DNA of 31,414 nt from Bacteroidota bacterium. GTDB taxonomy: Bacteria > Bacteroidota > Bacteroidia > J057. The notes under the pieces were generated by a model. It did no database searches. It was not told the DNA's origin and was given only the letters and a program-made list of their open reading frames with translations. The position numbers and the translations under genes were made by a program. Shown one piece after another: positions 17,580 through 26,784 of this stretch (its first letter is position 1; each line of letters begins with the position of its first letter). The stretch lies in contig CAUJFT010000442.1 of assembly GCA_963169475.1 (NCBI GenBank), forward strand, positions 1 to 31,414, in the 5' to 3' direction.

Positions 17580-18776
17580 ATGATTGAAAAAAACAGACTA
17601 GTCCTTCAGCAAAAACAAGAAAAAGCCTATCTGATTGGGATTGCAAACCAGAAAACGCCTTATCTTAAAGCAAAAGAATATCTCGAAGAACTTGCTTTCC
17701 TCGCACAGACTGCTTCCGTGATAACCGCAGGCTCTTTTATTCAAAACTTAGACCGCCCTCATCGGGCTACTTAAGTAGGAACCGGAAAACTCACCGAAAT
17801 TAGTCAGAAAGCCCATGAGAATGAGGTAGAATATCTTGTTTTCGACGATGAGCTTACTCCCATGCAGTTAAAGAATATCGAAAGAGAGACAAAGCTAAAA
17901 GTACTAGATAGGAGTTCTCTCATTTTGTATATTTTCTCTATGCACGCCCAAACAGCTCAAGCAAAAAAACAAGTAGAACTCGCTCAATATCAATATATGT
18001 TACCGCGTCTTACACGGTTGTGGACTCACCTTGAGAGGCAAAGGGGAGGTATCGGGATGCGGGGAGGCGCGGGAGAAAAAGAAATAGAAACCGACCGCCG
18101 GATTATTCGGGATAAAATCGCAGAACTAAAAAAAGACTTAGAAAAACTCGCTCGCCAGAACGAAGAAAGAAATAAAACAAGAGGCACCCAAATTCGGGTG
18201 GCATTAGTGGGCTACACCAATGTTGGCAAATCCACGATTATGAATCTTCTCACCAAGTCAGAGGTATTGGTTGAAAATAAACTCTTTGCGACCCTCGATA
18301 CCACAGTCCGAAAAGTAGTGCTAAACTATACCCCTTTTCTGCTTTCTGATACGGTCGGATTTATTCGAAAACTACCGCATCACCTCGTAGAATGTTTTAA
18401 AAGCACATTGTTTGAGGCAAGAGATTCGGATATTTTACTACATGTAGTAGATGTTGCTCACCCCCAATTTGAAGACCATATCCAGATAGTAAATGAAACC
18501 CTTCGTTCTATAGGAATTGACAATAAAAATACGATTATGGTTTTTAACAAGGCGGACCTCCTCCCACCCGAACAAAGAGCAGTATTAGAGAAAACGTGGT
18601 TTGCGCATGAACACGAGTCAAGTGTCTTTATTTCTGCCACTGAAAAATGGAACACTGAAGTGCTACGTAATACCCTTACAGAAAAGGTTCGTGCCGTTTT
18701 TTGTTCCAGATACCCGGATACTAAGCCGGAATGGGAGCTATATAAATGGGAAGAAACTAATACAGACCCTGAATAA
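17580..18776 (+). pseudogene. hflX: Ribosome-splitting GTPase HflX interrupted by an in-frame TAA at 17772..17774 (nonsense mutation or sequence error)
   Basis: ORFs 17580..17774 and 17862..18776 are in the same frame. The intervening DNA translates as AT*VGTGKLTEI...LVFDDELTPMQ, which is continuous HflX. G-motifs GYTNVGKS, DTVGF and NKAD are intact. Confidence 0.88.
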
Positions 18777-18781
18777 AATTC

Positions 18782-18796
18782 GGAAGGCGCGCCTCC
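18782..18796. terminator. Possible weak hairpin between the convergent hflX and cytochrome c genes
   Basis: GGAAGG-CGCG-CCTCC in a 25-nt gap; the stem is short and bulged. Confidence 0.3.
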
Positions 18797-18801
18797 TTGT
18801 T

Positions 18802-19779
18802 TTATTTTGTAGGGGTAAATTTCTCCACCACATTCTTAACCGGCTTGACCGTTTTGAGATAATCGTAAATTGCCCCGAGGTCTTCTGCGTTCATACCGGC
18901 ATACATTGTCCAAGGCATAGGCGTATTAAACTCACCCGGAGCTACCTTTTGATGAATTTGGGTACTATCACTATAGGCTTTAAACTTCTCAATAAAGGTC
19001 TCTCTTGTGTAAGAAATAAGTTGTCCTTCCGGGTCAGGGGTTAAATTAGTCGAGCGGACTATCCCACCTGGAAGTTTGAACTCAAAGCCTCCCGCAAAAT
19101 CCATACCCGGTAATTTATTCCCTCTGTTATCTGACTTTGTATGACACTCCTTGCACCCGCTGGCATTACAGAGATAAGCCCCATAAGCTACTTTATCAGA
19201 GGGGTTTGGCTTTGGAGTAGGCTCTGCGGGTTTGGGGATTGTGTGCATAATGAAATTCAGTGGAAAATCAGGGACTGAAGCTGGCAACTTATTTTCGATA
19301 GGCTTGAGAGTACGGATAAAAGCAATAATTGAGTAAATATCTTCTGTATCCATTTTATTATAGTATAGGTAGGGCATGACCGGAAATAAGGGGTCTCCTG
19401 TTCTATTTACTCCGCTTGTAATTGCCCGATAAATTTCCCCATCAGTCCAATCTTTAATCCCGGCGGGGGTGATATTCTTTGCTACATAAGTACCCGGAAA
19501 TCCCAAATCATGATTAAAAACCTCTCCTCCTTTTCCTTCTGTACCAGGCTGATACGGACCAGAAAACTCCGTCCATATCCTTGTACTATGGCAGTCCATA
19601 CAAAGAGACACATGATAAGCAAGATATTTTCCCCTTTCAATCCGCTCCGGCGTTATTTCAACCTTGATGTCTTTTACAGGAATGTTTGGTAAAGCAACTT
19701 TGAGGTAAGTAAGAAATCCAATAACACCAACAACAATTGTAAGGGAAACAAGCCCTAAGATTTTAAAGACCTTTTTCAT
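18802..19779 (-). CDS. Membrane-anchored dihaem cytochrome c
   Basis: N-terminal TM helix, two CXXCH motifs (CMDCH, CKECH), repeated ERGKYL/AYGAYL, NITP/NLTP and MPY/MPW segments. Confidence 0.9.
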   Translation of the reverse strand: MKKVFKILGLVSLTIVVGVIGFLTYLKVALPNIPVKDIKVEITPERIERGKYLAYHVSLCMDCHSTRIWTEFSGPYQPGTEGKGGEVFNHDLGFPGTYVAKNITPAGIKDWTDGEIYRAITSGVNRTGDPLFPVMPYLYYNKMDTEDIYSIIAFIRTLKPIENKLPASVPDFPLNFIMHTIPKPAEPTPKPNPSDKVAYGAYLCNASGCKECHTKSDNRGNKLPGMDFAGGFEFKLPGGIVRSTNLTPDPEGQLISYTRETFIEKFKAYSDSTQIHQKVAPGEFNTPMPWTMYAGMNAEDLGAIYDYLKTVKPVKNVVEKFTPTK

Positions 19780-20004
19780 GATAAAAAATATAATATAGTT
19801 AAAAAAAGAGATTATACAGCAGTAAGCAATTATAAGACTATTATAAAAATTATAGATTCAAAGAATAAATATAGGGATTGGAGCATAAAAAAGAGTACTA
19901 TTTTCCGAGACAAAGCGCATGCCTCCCTGCCCTCGAACCGGATAAATCTCCTACTCTGCACCTCGTCCCAAAATTGCAAAACAAAAAATCATCTATCCGC
20001 ATTA

Positions 20005-20012
20005 CAAAGATA
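20005..20012 (-). promoter_or_regulatory. Sigma70 -7 element about 225 nt upstream of the cytochrome c gene
   Basis: TATCTTTG on the minus strand. Confidence 0.5.
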
Positions 20013-20249
20013 CACAACCGAAGTATTAGATGCAAAAAAATATATACAAAAAGCAGGGCGAATGTATTAGAACAAAAATATATTCCTTCATCTATTTCAT
20101 ATATTTAGAACCCAAATATACCGTATGCAGTATTTCGTTTTCGCTCAACATGACTGGATACGGATTGATTTTCTACATAGTCCTCATAGTTTTTGGTACA
20201 TTTAGCTTAAATATCCTTGTTTCAGAAGACAAGACATTGCTTTTTTTGT

Positions 20250-20257
20250 TACTTTTG
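20250..20257 (+). promoter_or_regulatory. Sigma70 -7 element for the M1 peptidase
   Basis: TACTTTTG 15 nt upstream of ATG 20273, supporting that start. Confidence 0.55.
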
Positions 20258-20272
20258 TACAAAAATCCTTTC

Positions 20273-21889
20273 ATGAAATATATAGTCCTTTTAGTCTGTT
20301 GTTTTGTTGGTTTAGGGGTCTATGCCCAGCCTTTTTCTCCTGCTGATTCGCTTCGGGGTGGGCTAACGACTTTTAGAACTTGTTTTGATGTAACTTATTA
20401 TCGGTTAGATTTAAGAATTGAGCCAGACCTACATAGAATTGCCGGTTCTAACACCGTTATATTTAATGCAATAACCGACTTTAGTAGCTTCCATCTGGAT
20501 TTGTACCCGGAAATGGATATCCACCAAATAGAGTGGAGAGGTAAGCGTTTGGAATATAGAAGGAGAGAGGGTGCCGTATTTGTGATATTTCCTGAAATGA
20601 TACGAGAAGGGACAAAGGATTCTGTAAAGGTTACTTTTGCCGGCTCTCCGGTTATTGCTAAGAATGCCCCTTGGGACGGAGGGTTCGTATGGACACAATC
20701 CAATGGTAAGCCGTGGGTAACCGTTGCTTGTGAAGGGGAAGGCGCAAGCCTTTGGTGGCCTTGCAAAGACCATCATTCGGATGAGCCGGACAGCCTAAGC
20801 ATATCTATTATTGTTCCGGATAATTTGGTCGCAGTTGCTAATGGAGAACTCAAAAAAACGGAATCCCTAATCGGTAATCTTAAGCGTTTTACATGGAAAG
20901 TCTCTTATCCCATTAATCTTTATAATGTTAGCTTGTATGTGGGAGACTATAAGCACCTTACCGATTTTTATCAAAATGCTTCGGGTAAACACAAAATAGA
21001 TTACTATGTCCTGTCAAAAAACACAGAAAAAGCCTCTGCTCATTTTGCGCAAGTGAAACCTATGCTTGCCTGCTTTGAAAAATATTTTGGAGAATATCCT
21101 TTTTGGAATGATGGGTATGCGATTGTAGAAACCCCTTATTGGGGTATGGAGCATCAGGGGGCAATTGCTTATGGGAATCATTTTCAGAATGGAAACTGGG
21201 GATTTGACTTTATTATTATTCACGAATCTGCCCACGAATGGTTTGGCAATAGTATTAGTATGGAGGATAAATCGGATATGTGGATTCATGAAGCCTTTGC
21301 TACTTATGCAGAAGTAGTTTATGTAGAGGAAATGTATGGAAAAGAAAAAGCAACAGAATATCTAAACGAAATCAAATCAAAAATCCAAAATAAATCCGTA
21401 ATTCTGGCACCACGTGGCGTATATTATAATCATTGGGAAGATGCCGATATGTATTTCAAAGGAGCATGGATGCTGCATACGCTCCGAATCGCTACTGGAG
21501 ACGATAAGAAGTGGTTTGCTACACTCAAAAAATTTTGTGAAACCTATAAAATTAAAATCGTTAATACCAAAGAAGTAATTCGCTTTTTTAACCATGAATT
21601 AGGTAAAGATTACTCGTGGTTATTCGATGAGTATCTTAGGAATACCGAAATTCCTGAACTTCAATATAAAATCAAAAGAGCCAAAAAGACCATTACTGTT
21701 GAATATCGTTGGAATGCAAAAACCGAAGGTTTCTCTTTGCCCGTAGACATAAAATCTGCCAAGGGACAAGAAGTGATATTCCCCGAAGATCAATGGAATA
21801 GTATTCAATTTCAACAATCAAAAGATTTTAAAATTATTTTTCTAACGCAAAACGGACTTTTTACGGTGAAGGAGCTTACTGGAAATTAG
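20273..21889 (+). CDS. Secreted M1-family zinc aminopeptidase
   Basis: Signal peptide MKYIVLLVCCFVGLGVYA|Q, exopeptidase motif GMEHQ, HESAHEW...WIHEAF zinc ligands and YFKGAW. The 81-codon upstream extension of the ORF track is probably non-coding. Confidence 0.92.
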   Translation: MKYIVLLVCCFVGLGVYAQPFSPADSLRGGLTTFRTCFDVTYYRLDLRIEPDLHRIAGSNTVIFNAITDFSSFHLDLYPEMDIHQIEWRGKRLEYRRREGAVFVIFPEMIREGTKDSVKVTFAGSPVIAKNAPWDGGFVWTQSNGKPWVTVACEGEGASLWWPCKDHHSDEPDSLSISIIVPDNLVAVANGELKKTESLIGNLKRFTWKVSYPINLYNVSLYVGDYKHLTDFYQNASGKHKIDYYVLSKNTEKASAHFAQVKPMLACFEKYFGEYPFWNDGYAIVETPYWGMEHQGAIAYGNHFQNGNWGFDFIIIHESAHEWFGNSISMEDKSDMWIHEAFATYAEVVYVEEMYGKEKATEYLNEIKSKIQNKSVILAPRGVYYNHWEDADMYFKGAWMLHTLRIATGDDKKWFATLKKFCETYKIKIVNTKEVIRFFNHELGKDYSWLFDEYLRNTEIPELQYKIKRAKKTITVEYRWNAKTEGFSLPVDIKSAKGQEVIFPEDQWNSIQFQQSKDFKIIFLTQNGLFTVKELTGN

Positions 21890-22029
21890 TGCATAAGCAG
21901 TGAATTGTAAATAATAAGACTAAATAATTAATATTCAGGTATTTAAATGATATATATTTTCTTGGTTTGTTATTTACTTGTACTTCTATTGATAATTAAG
22001 TCGTTTATATTCCCAATTTTAGCTGAAAG

Positions 22030-23154
22030 ATGAAAGCACCTATTTTTTCTCTATTTCTTCCTATTATCTTTTTGACACTGATTGGGAGTAAGTGTAAAAA
22101 GGAGCAAACTTTTTCGCCTTCCAGAATGAAAGTCGTAGAGGCGGTGTATGCTTCCGGAAAGGTAACTCCTTCCGATGAGATTAAAATTTTTTCTACTGGA
22201 GACGGGGTAATTATCTCTGGAAACCCAAAAGAAGGAGAAGTAGTACAAGTAGGAAATATCCTTTTTAAAGTGGCAGAAAGTGAATTAGAAACCGATATGA
22301 GGAAAGTAAGGGTGAAAAATGCAGAGGAGCTATACCATATTACCCAAGATAATTATTTGGATAATTCTGCGGCTTATGCCGAAATTGAGGCAGGAATTGC
22401 TACGGCAAAGCTAAAAATATCCAACGATTCTGTTAATTATGCTCGCTACAAAGCCCTCTATGACAAAGACGCTACCACTAAGGTAGAGCTTGAGCGTGCC
22501 GAAATCGCGCTAAAACTCTCTCGTAGCGAACTAGAAACCCAACACAAACGGGCAGAAAGACTAAAAAATCAGCTTTATACGGAAATGAAGAATGCCGAGG
22601 GGCAGGTCAGAATAAGCAAGGCAGATAATCGAAGTTTTGAGATTAAAAGCCCGGCTTCTGGTATGGTATTTAGTGTCTATAAAACACAAGGGGAAGCGGT
22701 CAAAAGAAGTGAGATAGTCGCCGTCATTGGGAAAGCCAATCAATGGATTTTGCAACTGCTCATAGACGAACAAGATTTGTATAAAATAAAAATAGGGTTA
22801 GAGGTTTTGGTTAATTTGGAGTTGCTTAAAGATAAAGTATTTCATGCCCAAATTTCAAAAATATACCCAACGATGAATACCGAACAACAATCTATACGGG
22901 TAGATGCTATTTTTACAGATTCCGATTTACCCAACCTTGTGGCAAATGCCTCTGTAGAAGCAAATATTATCCTCAACCAAAAAGAAAATGCACTTGTTAT
23001 CCCTAAGCGTCTCTTGGTAGGAGATGATTCTGTTTTTATCAGAAATGGGGAAGAGAGAAAAAAAATAAAAATTCAAAAGGGGATAGAAAACATGGATTAC
23101 GTAGAGGTACTATCCGGAGTATCTGATGAAACAGTATTGCTATCTTCAGAATAG
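22030..23154 (+). CDS. Efflux periplasmic adaptor (HlyD/MacA family membrane fusion protein)
   Basis: N-terminal anchor ending in a possible lipidated Cys, VYASGKV, lipoyl halves (PKEGEVVQVG; IKSPASGMV), long coiled-coil hairpin, beta-barrel and ALVIPK...VEVLSG. Confidence 0.9.
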   Translation: MKAPIFSLFLPIIFLTLIGSKCKKEQTFSPSRMKVVEAVYASGKVTPSDEIKIFSTGDGVIISGNPKEGEVVQVGNILFKVAESELETDMRKVRVKNAEELYHITQDNYLDNSAAYAEIEAGIATAKLKISNDSVNYARYKALYDKDATTKVELERAEIALKLSRSELETQHKRAERLKNQLYTEMKNAEGQVRISKADNRSFEIKSPASGMVFSVYKTQGEAVKRSEIVAVIGKANQWILQLLIDEQDLYKIKIGLEVLVNLELLKDKVFHAQISKIYPTMNTEQQSIRVDAIFTDSDLPNLVANASVEANIILNQKENALVIPKRLLVGDDSVFIRNGEERKKIKIQKGIENMDYVEVLSGVSDETVLLSSE

Positions 23155-23271
23155 TTGAACTTTTTGGAATTTGTATGATTGACGATTATGAGATATTTAC
23201 TTCATTTCTATTACTCTGTTTGTCATTTTTATGGTGGTTATACAAATGCCCATTGATTAAAAATATAAATT

Positions 23272-23808
23272 ATGTCTCACGAGATAGAAGTTAAAATCCT
23301 TGAAATTAATCAAGAAACCATCGAAAAAAAGTTGGTTCACGCTGGTGGTATCCTGCATTTTTCAGGGGAAATGTTGGCTGTTTTTTACGATACTCCTCAA
23401 AAAATGATTACCGAATCCGGTGCGGTTTTACGCCTCAGAAAGGAAGGTGAACAAGCGGTACTTGCTTTCAAAACTCCAACAGATATACATTCAGAAGCTA
23501 AAATAATGGAGGAAACGGAGGTTATTGTCAGTAATCCCGAAGCGATGCAGAAAATCCTAAAGGGTTTGGGATTCCACGAAATCAAAACTACTAATAAAAT
23601 ACGCCGTGAATATATTCTCCCCAATCGAGTAAAGGTAGTGTTAGACCAATATCTCGGTGAGTTGGGGAATATCCCTGTTTTTTTGGAAATAGAAGCACCT
23701 AATTTGCCTTTGCTCTATGAAACGGTAGCGTCTCTGGGCTATACAAAAAATGATTGTAAATCTTGGAGTACTTATGAGCTTGTAAAGCATTACAATACTC
23801 CTCAATAA
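23272..23808 (+). CDS. CYTH (triphosphate tunnel) domain protein, class IV adenylate cyclase-like
   Basis: N-terminal EIEVK (ExExK), LRLRKEG, EETEV, KIRREY and FLEIE. Confidence 0.88.
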   Translation: MSHEIEVKILEINQETIEKKLVHAGGILHFSGEMLAVFYDTPQKMITESGAVLRLRKEGEQAVLAFKTPTDIHSEAKIMEETEVIVSNPEAMQKILKGLGFHEIKTTNKIRREYILPNRVKVVLDQYLGELGNIPVFLEIEAPNLPLLYETVASLGYTKNDCKSWSTYELVKHYNTPQ

Positions 23809-23872
23809 AATAATTTTTCTGTTTCAAACGCTATCATCTATCAGTACGATAAATATAGACAATCCGGGTATA

Positions 23873-24469
23873 ATGAATGGTATTTTAAAAAACAAAATAG
23901 GAAAAAAGATTTTTGAATCTGCTTTTGGAACCGCATGGGTAAAGGAAAAAGTAAGAAGATTTATAGAACACGTTTCAAAGGAGGAAAATATTCTGGATAT
24001 TGGTTGCGGTAGCTGCAATATTGCCTACTTGCTCAAAAAAGAAGGTTACAATGTCATACCGGTAGATGTTGCAGATATGAGTTTTTTTCCGGAGGTCAAA
24101 CCTATTGTATATGATGGCAGGAAGTTACCTTTTGCCGATGATGCCTTTGACACTTCATTGCTGCTGACCGTACTGCACCACACTTCAAGCCCGGAAGCCC
24201 TCCTCCAAGAAGCGGTAAGAGTTTCCAACAAAGTGATTATCATTGAGGATATATACTTCGGAGTATTCCAACAATACCTGACTTATTTTGCTGATACGCT
24301 GGTAAATATGGGTTTTAGTAAAATGACTTACCAAAATAAAACCGCAGTAGAATGGAGGACTTTGTTCCAACAAATGGCATTGAAGCCTGTATCATTTCGT
24401 TATGATAGGGTATTGTTTTTTTTTATGCAGGCAACCTATATTCTTAAAAGAGAAAAAGACAAAGATTAA
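23873..24469 (+). CDS. Class I SAM-dependent methyltransferase
   Basis: ILDIGCGSC (motif I), VDV, LPFADDAFD and VLHH. Confidence 0.88.
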   Translation: MNGILKNKIGKKIFESAFGTAWVKEKVRRFIEHVSKEENILDIGCGSCNIAYLLKKEGYNVIPVDVADMSFFPEVKPIVYDGRKLPFADDAFDTSLLLTVLHHTSSPEALLQEAVRVSNKVIIIEDIYFGVFQQYLTYFADTLVNMGFSKMTYQNKTAVEWRTLFQQMALKPVSFRYDRVLFFFMQATYILKREKDKD

Positions 24470-24535
24470 ATTCTTTCGCTTAGAAACGAAAAAAAAATGT
24501 ACTTTTACCCAACATTTCATTTGGGTAAAAGCAGA

Positions 24536-26515
24536 ATGCAACTTTCCGTTATTATTGTTAATTATAATGTAAAATATTTTCTGGAACAATGCCTCATTTC
24601 CGTACAGAAAGCCCGGGGTAAAATGCAGGTTGAAATTATTGTGATAGACAATGCGTCTTCCGATGGGAGTATAGAGATGCTAACGCAGAAGTTTGGAAAG
24701 GATATTACGCTAATTGCTAATGATGATAATCCCGGTTTTTCCAAGGCAAATAATCAAGGAATACACATTGCCTCCGGGAAATATGTGCTTTTGCTCAATC
24801 CGGATACTATAGTGGCAGAGGATACCTTTGAACAATGCTTTGATTTTATGGAAAAGCATACAAATGCCGGCGGACTTGGCGTAAAAATGCTGGACGGAAA
24901 AGGCATATTTTTACCTGAATCTAAACGCGCTTTACCTACCCCCTCTGTCTCATTCTATAAAATATTTGGACTTAGCGCGCTTTTTCCTAAAAGTAAACGC
25001 TTTGCTAAATATCATCTTACTTACTTGGATAAAAACCAAAATCACGAAATAGAAATATTGTCCGGTGCGTTTATGTGGATGCGCAAATCTGTATTGGAAC
25101 AAATAGGATATCTCGATGAGAATTTTTTTATGTACGGAGAGGATATAGATTTGTCTTACCGAATCATACTTGGCGGATACAGGAACTATTATTTGGCAGA
25201 TACAAAAATTATTCACTATAAAGGAGAAAGTACCAAAAAAGGTAGTCTGAATTATGTAAAGGTATTTTATCAAGCAATGATTATCTTTGCGCGTAAACAC
25301 TTTCAAGGAAGCTATCAGACCGCCTTTATTATGATGATTCAATTGGCAGTATATTTGAGGGCGGCGGGAGCAATTGGGTATCGTCTGCTTCAACGATTGG
25401 GTTTCCCTTTATTAGAAGGGAGCCTGTTTTATCTTTCTATATTTATCATAAAAGAATATTGGGAAAAGAACATAAAATATATAGAAGGAGGGTATTATCC
25501 CCCCATGTTTGATTGGCTCGCTGCTCCAATTTACACCATCGTTTTTTTGGTTTTTCTGGGGTTAGCCGGTGCGTATAAAAAACCCTTCCGAATCAAACCA
25601 CTTATTACTGCAATGTTTAGTGCGTTTATAGGGATTGCAACGGTTAGCTATATCTTTCCCCAGATTAATTATTCAAGAGCAATTGTAGGGCTTTCTTCTA
25701 TTTTTTCGTTACTCATCACGATTACTAATCGTGGGCTTATAAATCTACGCGAAAAACGAAATTTCTTTTTTACGGAAGCCGTTACCAAAAGAGTAGTCCT
25801 TGCGGTAAGCCCCGAAAACCTTAGCGACCTAACCGCCTTACTTAATAAAGACAGCGCCTATCCGGTAAAAATTACAGGATATGTGAGTGTCTCCGGAGGG
25901 TCCGGTTGGGTAGAGGGGATAGAGTGTCTTGGCAGTATCCACCAATTACCCCAACTAACGAGGACATTAGATATTCAGGAAGTAATCTTTTGTCAGAAAA
26001 GCATTGACTCTAAAAGTATGATTGCTTGTATGGAAAGCCTTCATAGTACGGGGATTGAGTTTAAGTCTGTACCCCCAAATGCTAACTATCTCATCGGTTC
26101 TCAATTTATTCAGGTAGCAGCTCCTATCAGGAAAGTAGTCTCCCCCCTAAGCCGGCAAGATATTCTAAGAGGTAAAAGAATATTTGATATTGTCTGTAGT
26201 ACTATTTTACTGTTAATCTTTCCATTAACTGTCTTTCTATACCAAAAGCCCTGCAAAGCCTTTCTTGCACTTAGGGAAGTGCTGACCGGTAAAAAGGGTT
26301 TTGTCGGATATATCCGCTCAGAGGGTTCTCCCAAGCTGCCTCCAATTAGGCAAGGAGTGTTGAATATGCAACAAAGAAGTCCCGAATCTCATGGCTTAAA
26401 CCCCGAAATATTAGACCATTACTATGCCCAAAATTATACATGGGACCTTGATATTGAACTCTTATTGAAAGGAGTCGGCAGTATAGGCACCTTTCCATTT
26501 AATGAAAAACTGTAG
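24536..26515 (+). CDS. GT2 glycosyltransferase fused to a TM bundle, Rossmann-like domain and degenerate phosphoglycosyl-transferase domain
   Basis: MQLSVIIVNYN, DNASSDGS, GFSKANN, LLLNPDT, SGAFM and FFMYGEDIDL; 4-5 TM helices; KRIFDIV...LDHYY.NY...LDI. ATG 24536 is preferred as the start. Confidence 0.88.
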   Translation: MQLSVIIVNYNVKYFLEQCLISVQKARGKMQVEIIVIDNASSDGSIEMLTQKFGKDITLIANDDNPGFSKANNQGIHIASGKYVLLLNPDTIVAEDTFEQCFDFMEKHTNAGGLGVKMLDGKGIFLPESKRALPTPSVSFYKIFGLSALFPKSKRFAKYHLTYLDKNQNHEIEILSGAFMWMRKSVLEQIGYLDENFFMYGEDIDLSYRIILGGYRNYYLADTKIIHYKGESTKKGSLNYVKVFYQAMIIFARKHFQGSYQTAFIMMIQLAVYLRAAGAIGYRLLQRLGFPLLEGSLFYLSIFIIKEYWEKNIKYIEGGYYPPMFDWLAAPIYTIVFLVFLGLAGAYKKPFRIKPLITAMFSAFIGIATVSYIFPQINYSRAIVGLSSIFSLLITITNRGLINLREKRNFFFTEAVTKRVVLAVSPENLSDLTALLNKDSAYPVKITGYVSVSGGSGWVEGIECLGSIHQLPQLTRTLDIQEVIFCQKSIDSKSMIACMESLHSTGIEFKSVPPNANYLIGSQFIQVAAPIRKVVSPLSRQDILRGKRIFDIVCSTILLLIFPLTVFLYQKPCKAFLALREVLTGKKGFVGYIRSEGSPKLPPIRQGVLNMQQRSPESHGLNPEILDHYYAQNYTWDLDIELLLKGVGSIGTFPFNEKL

Positions 26516-26751
26516 GTTTTTTTTCAATCATTTGAATGGTTATGATAATGATTTTTCACTAGGAGGCTTCTTTTTTTACACGACCTAGTCATAGCCTGTC
26601 TTACTGATGCAGAGAAGTATTACCCATTGTAGTGGGAATTTTCTAGCTTGCTTTCAGTCAGAAGCCTATATGCCCCATTAAAAAAGTAGGAAAATGTATA
26701 TAGTTTTTTACCCGTCTCTTTTTAGGCAGCAGATAAGTGCAGAAAAAGCAT

Positions 26752-26759
26752 TAGTTTTG
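26752..26759 (+). promoter_or_regulatory. Sigma70 -7 element for the FKBP gene
   Basis: TAGTTTTG(C) 25 nt upstream of the ATG. Confidence 0.6.
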
Positions 26760-26784
26760 CACAAAATTTAAAAAAGACTTTTAT

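Noticed and set aside
17772-17774. Genome-wide TAA-to-Tyr recoding as an explanation for the hflX stop and the ATG-TAA before fabZ
   Set aside because: Many genes here end at TAA exactly at their expected C-termini (T9SS CTD, idi, mutL, pncA, fabZ), and no other long gene has an internal TAA.
19930-19945. GGTTCGA T-loop-like motif suggesting a tRNA on the minus strand
   Set aside because: There is no T-stem, D-arm, anticodon arm or acceptor stem geometry.
20030-20272. 81-aa hydrophobic N-terminal extension of the M1 peptidase
   Set aside because: It is T-rich intergenic DNA. A promoter box at 20250 and a clean signal peptide starting at 20273 indicate the later start.
23272-23808. Calling the CYTH protein a true adenylate cyclase (cyaB)
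   Set aside because: Most CYTH proteins are tri/polyphosphatases, and sequence inspection cannot determine the activity.
26541-26558. Fur-box-like TGATAATGATTTTTCA after the GT2 gene
   Set aside because: It is a poor 7-1-7 match, lies far from the next promoter box, and AT-rich DNA readily produces such hits.
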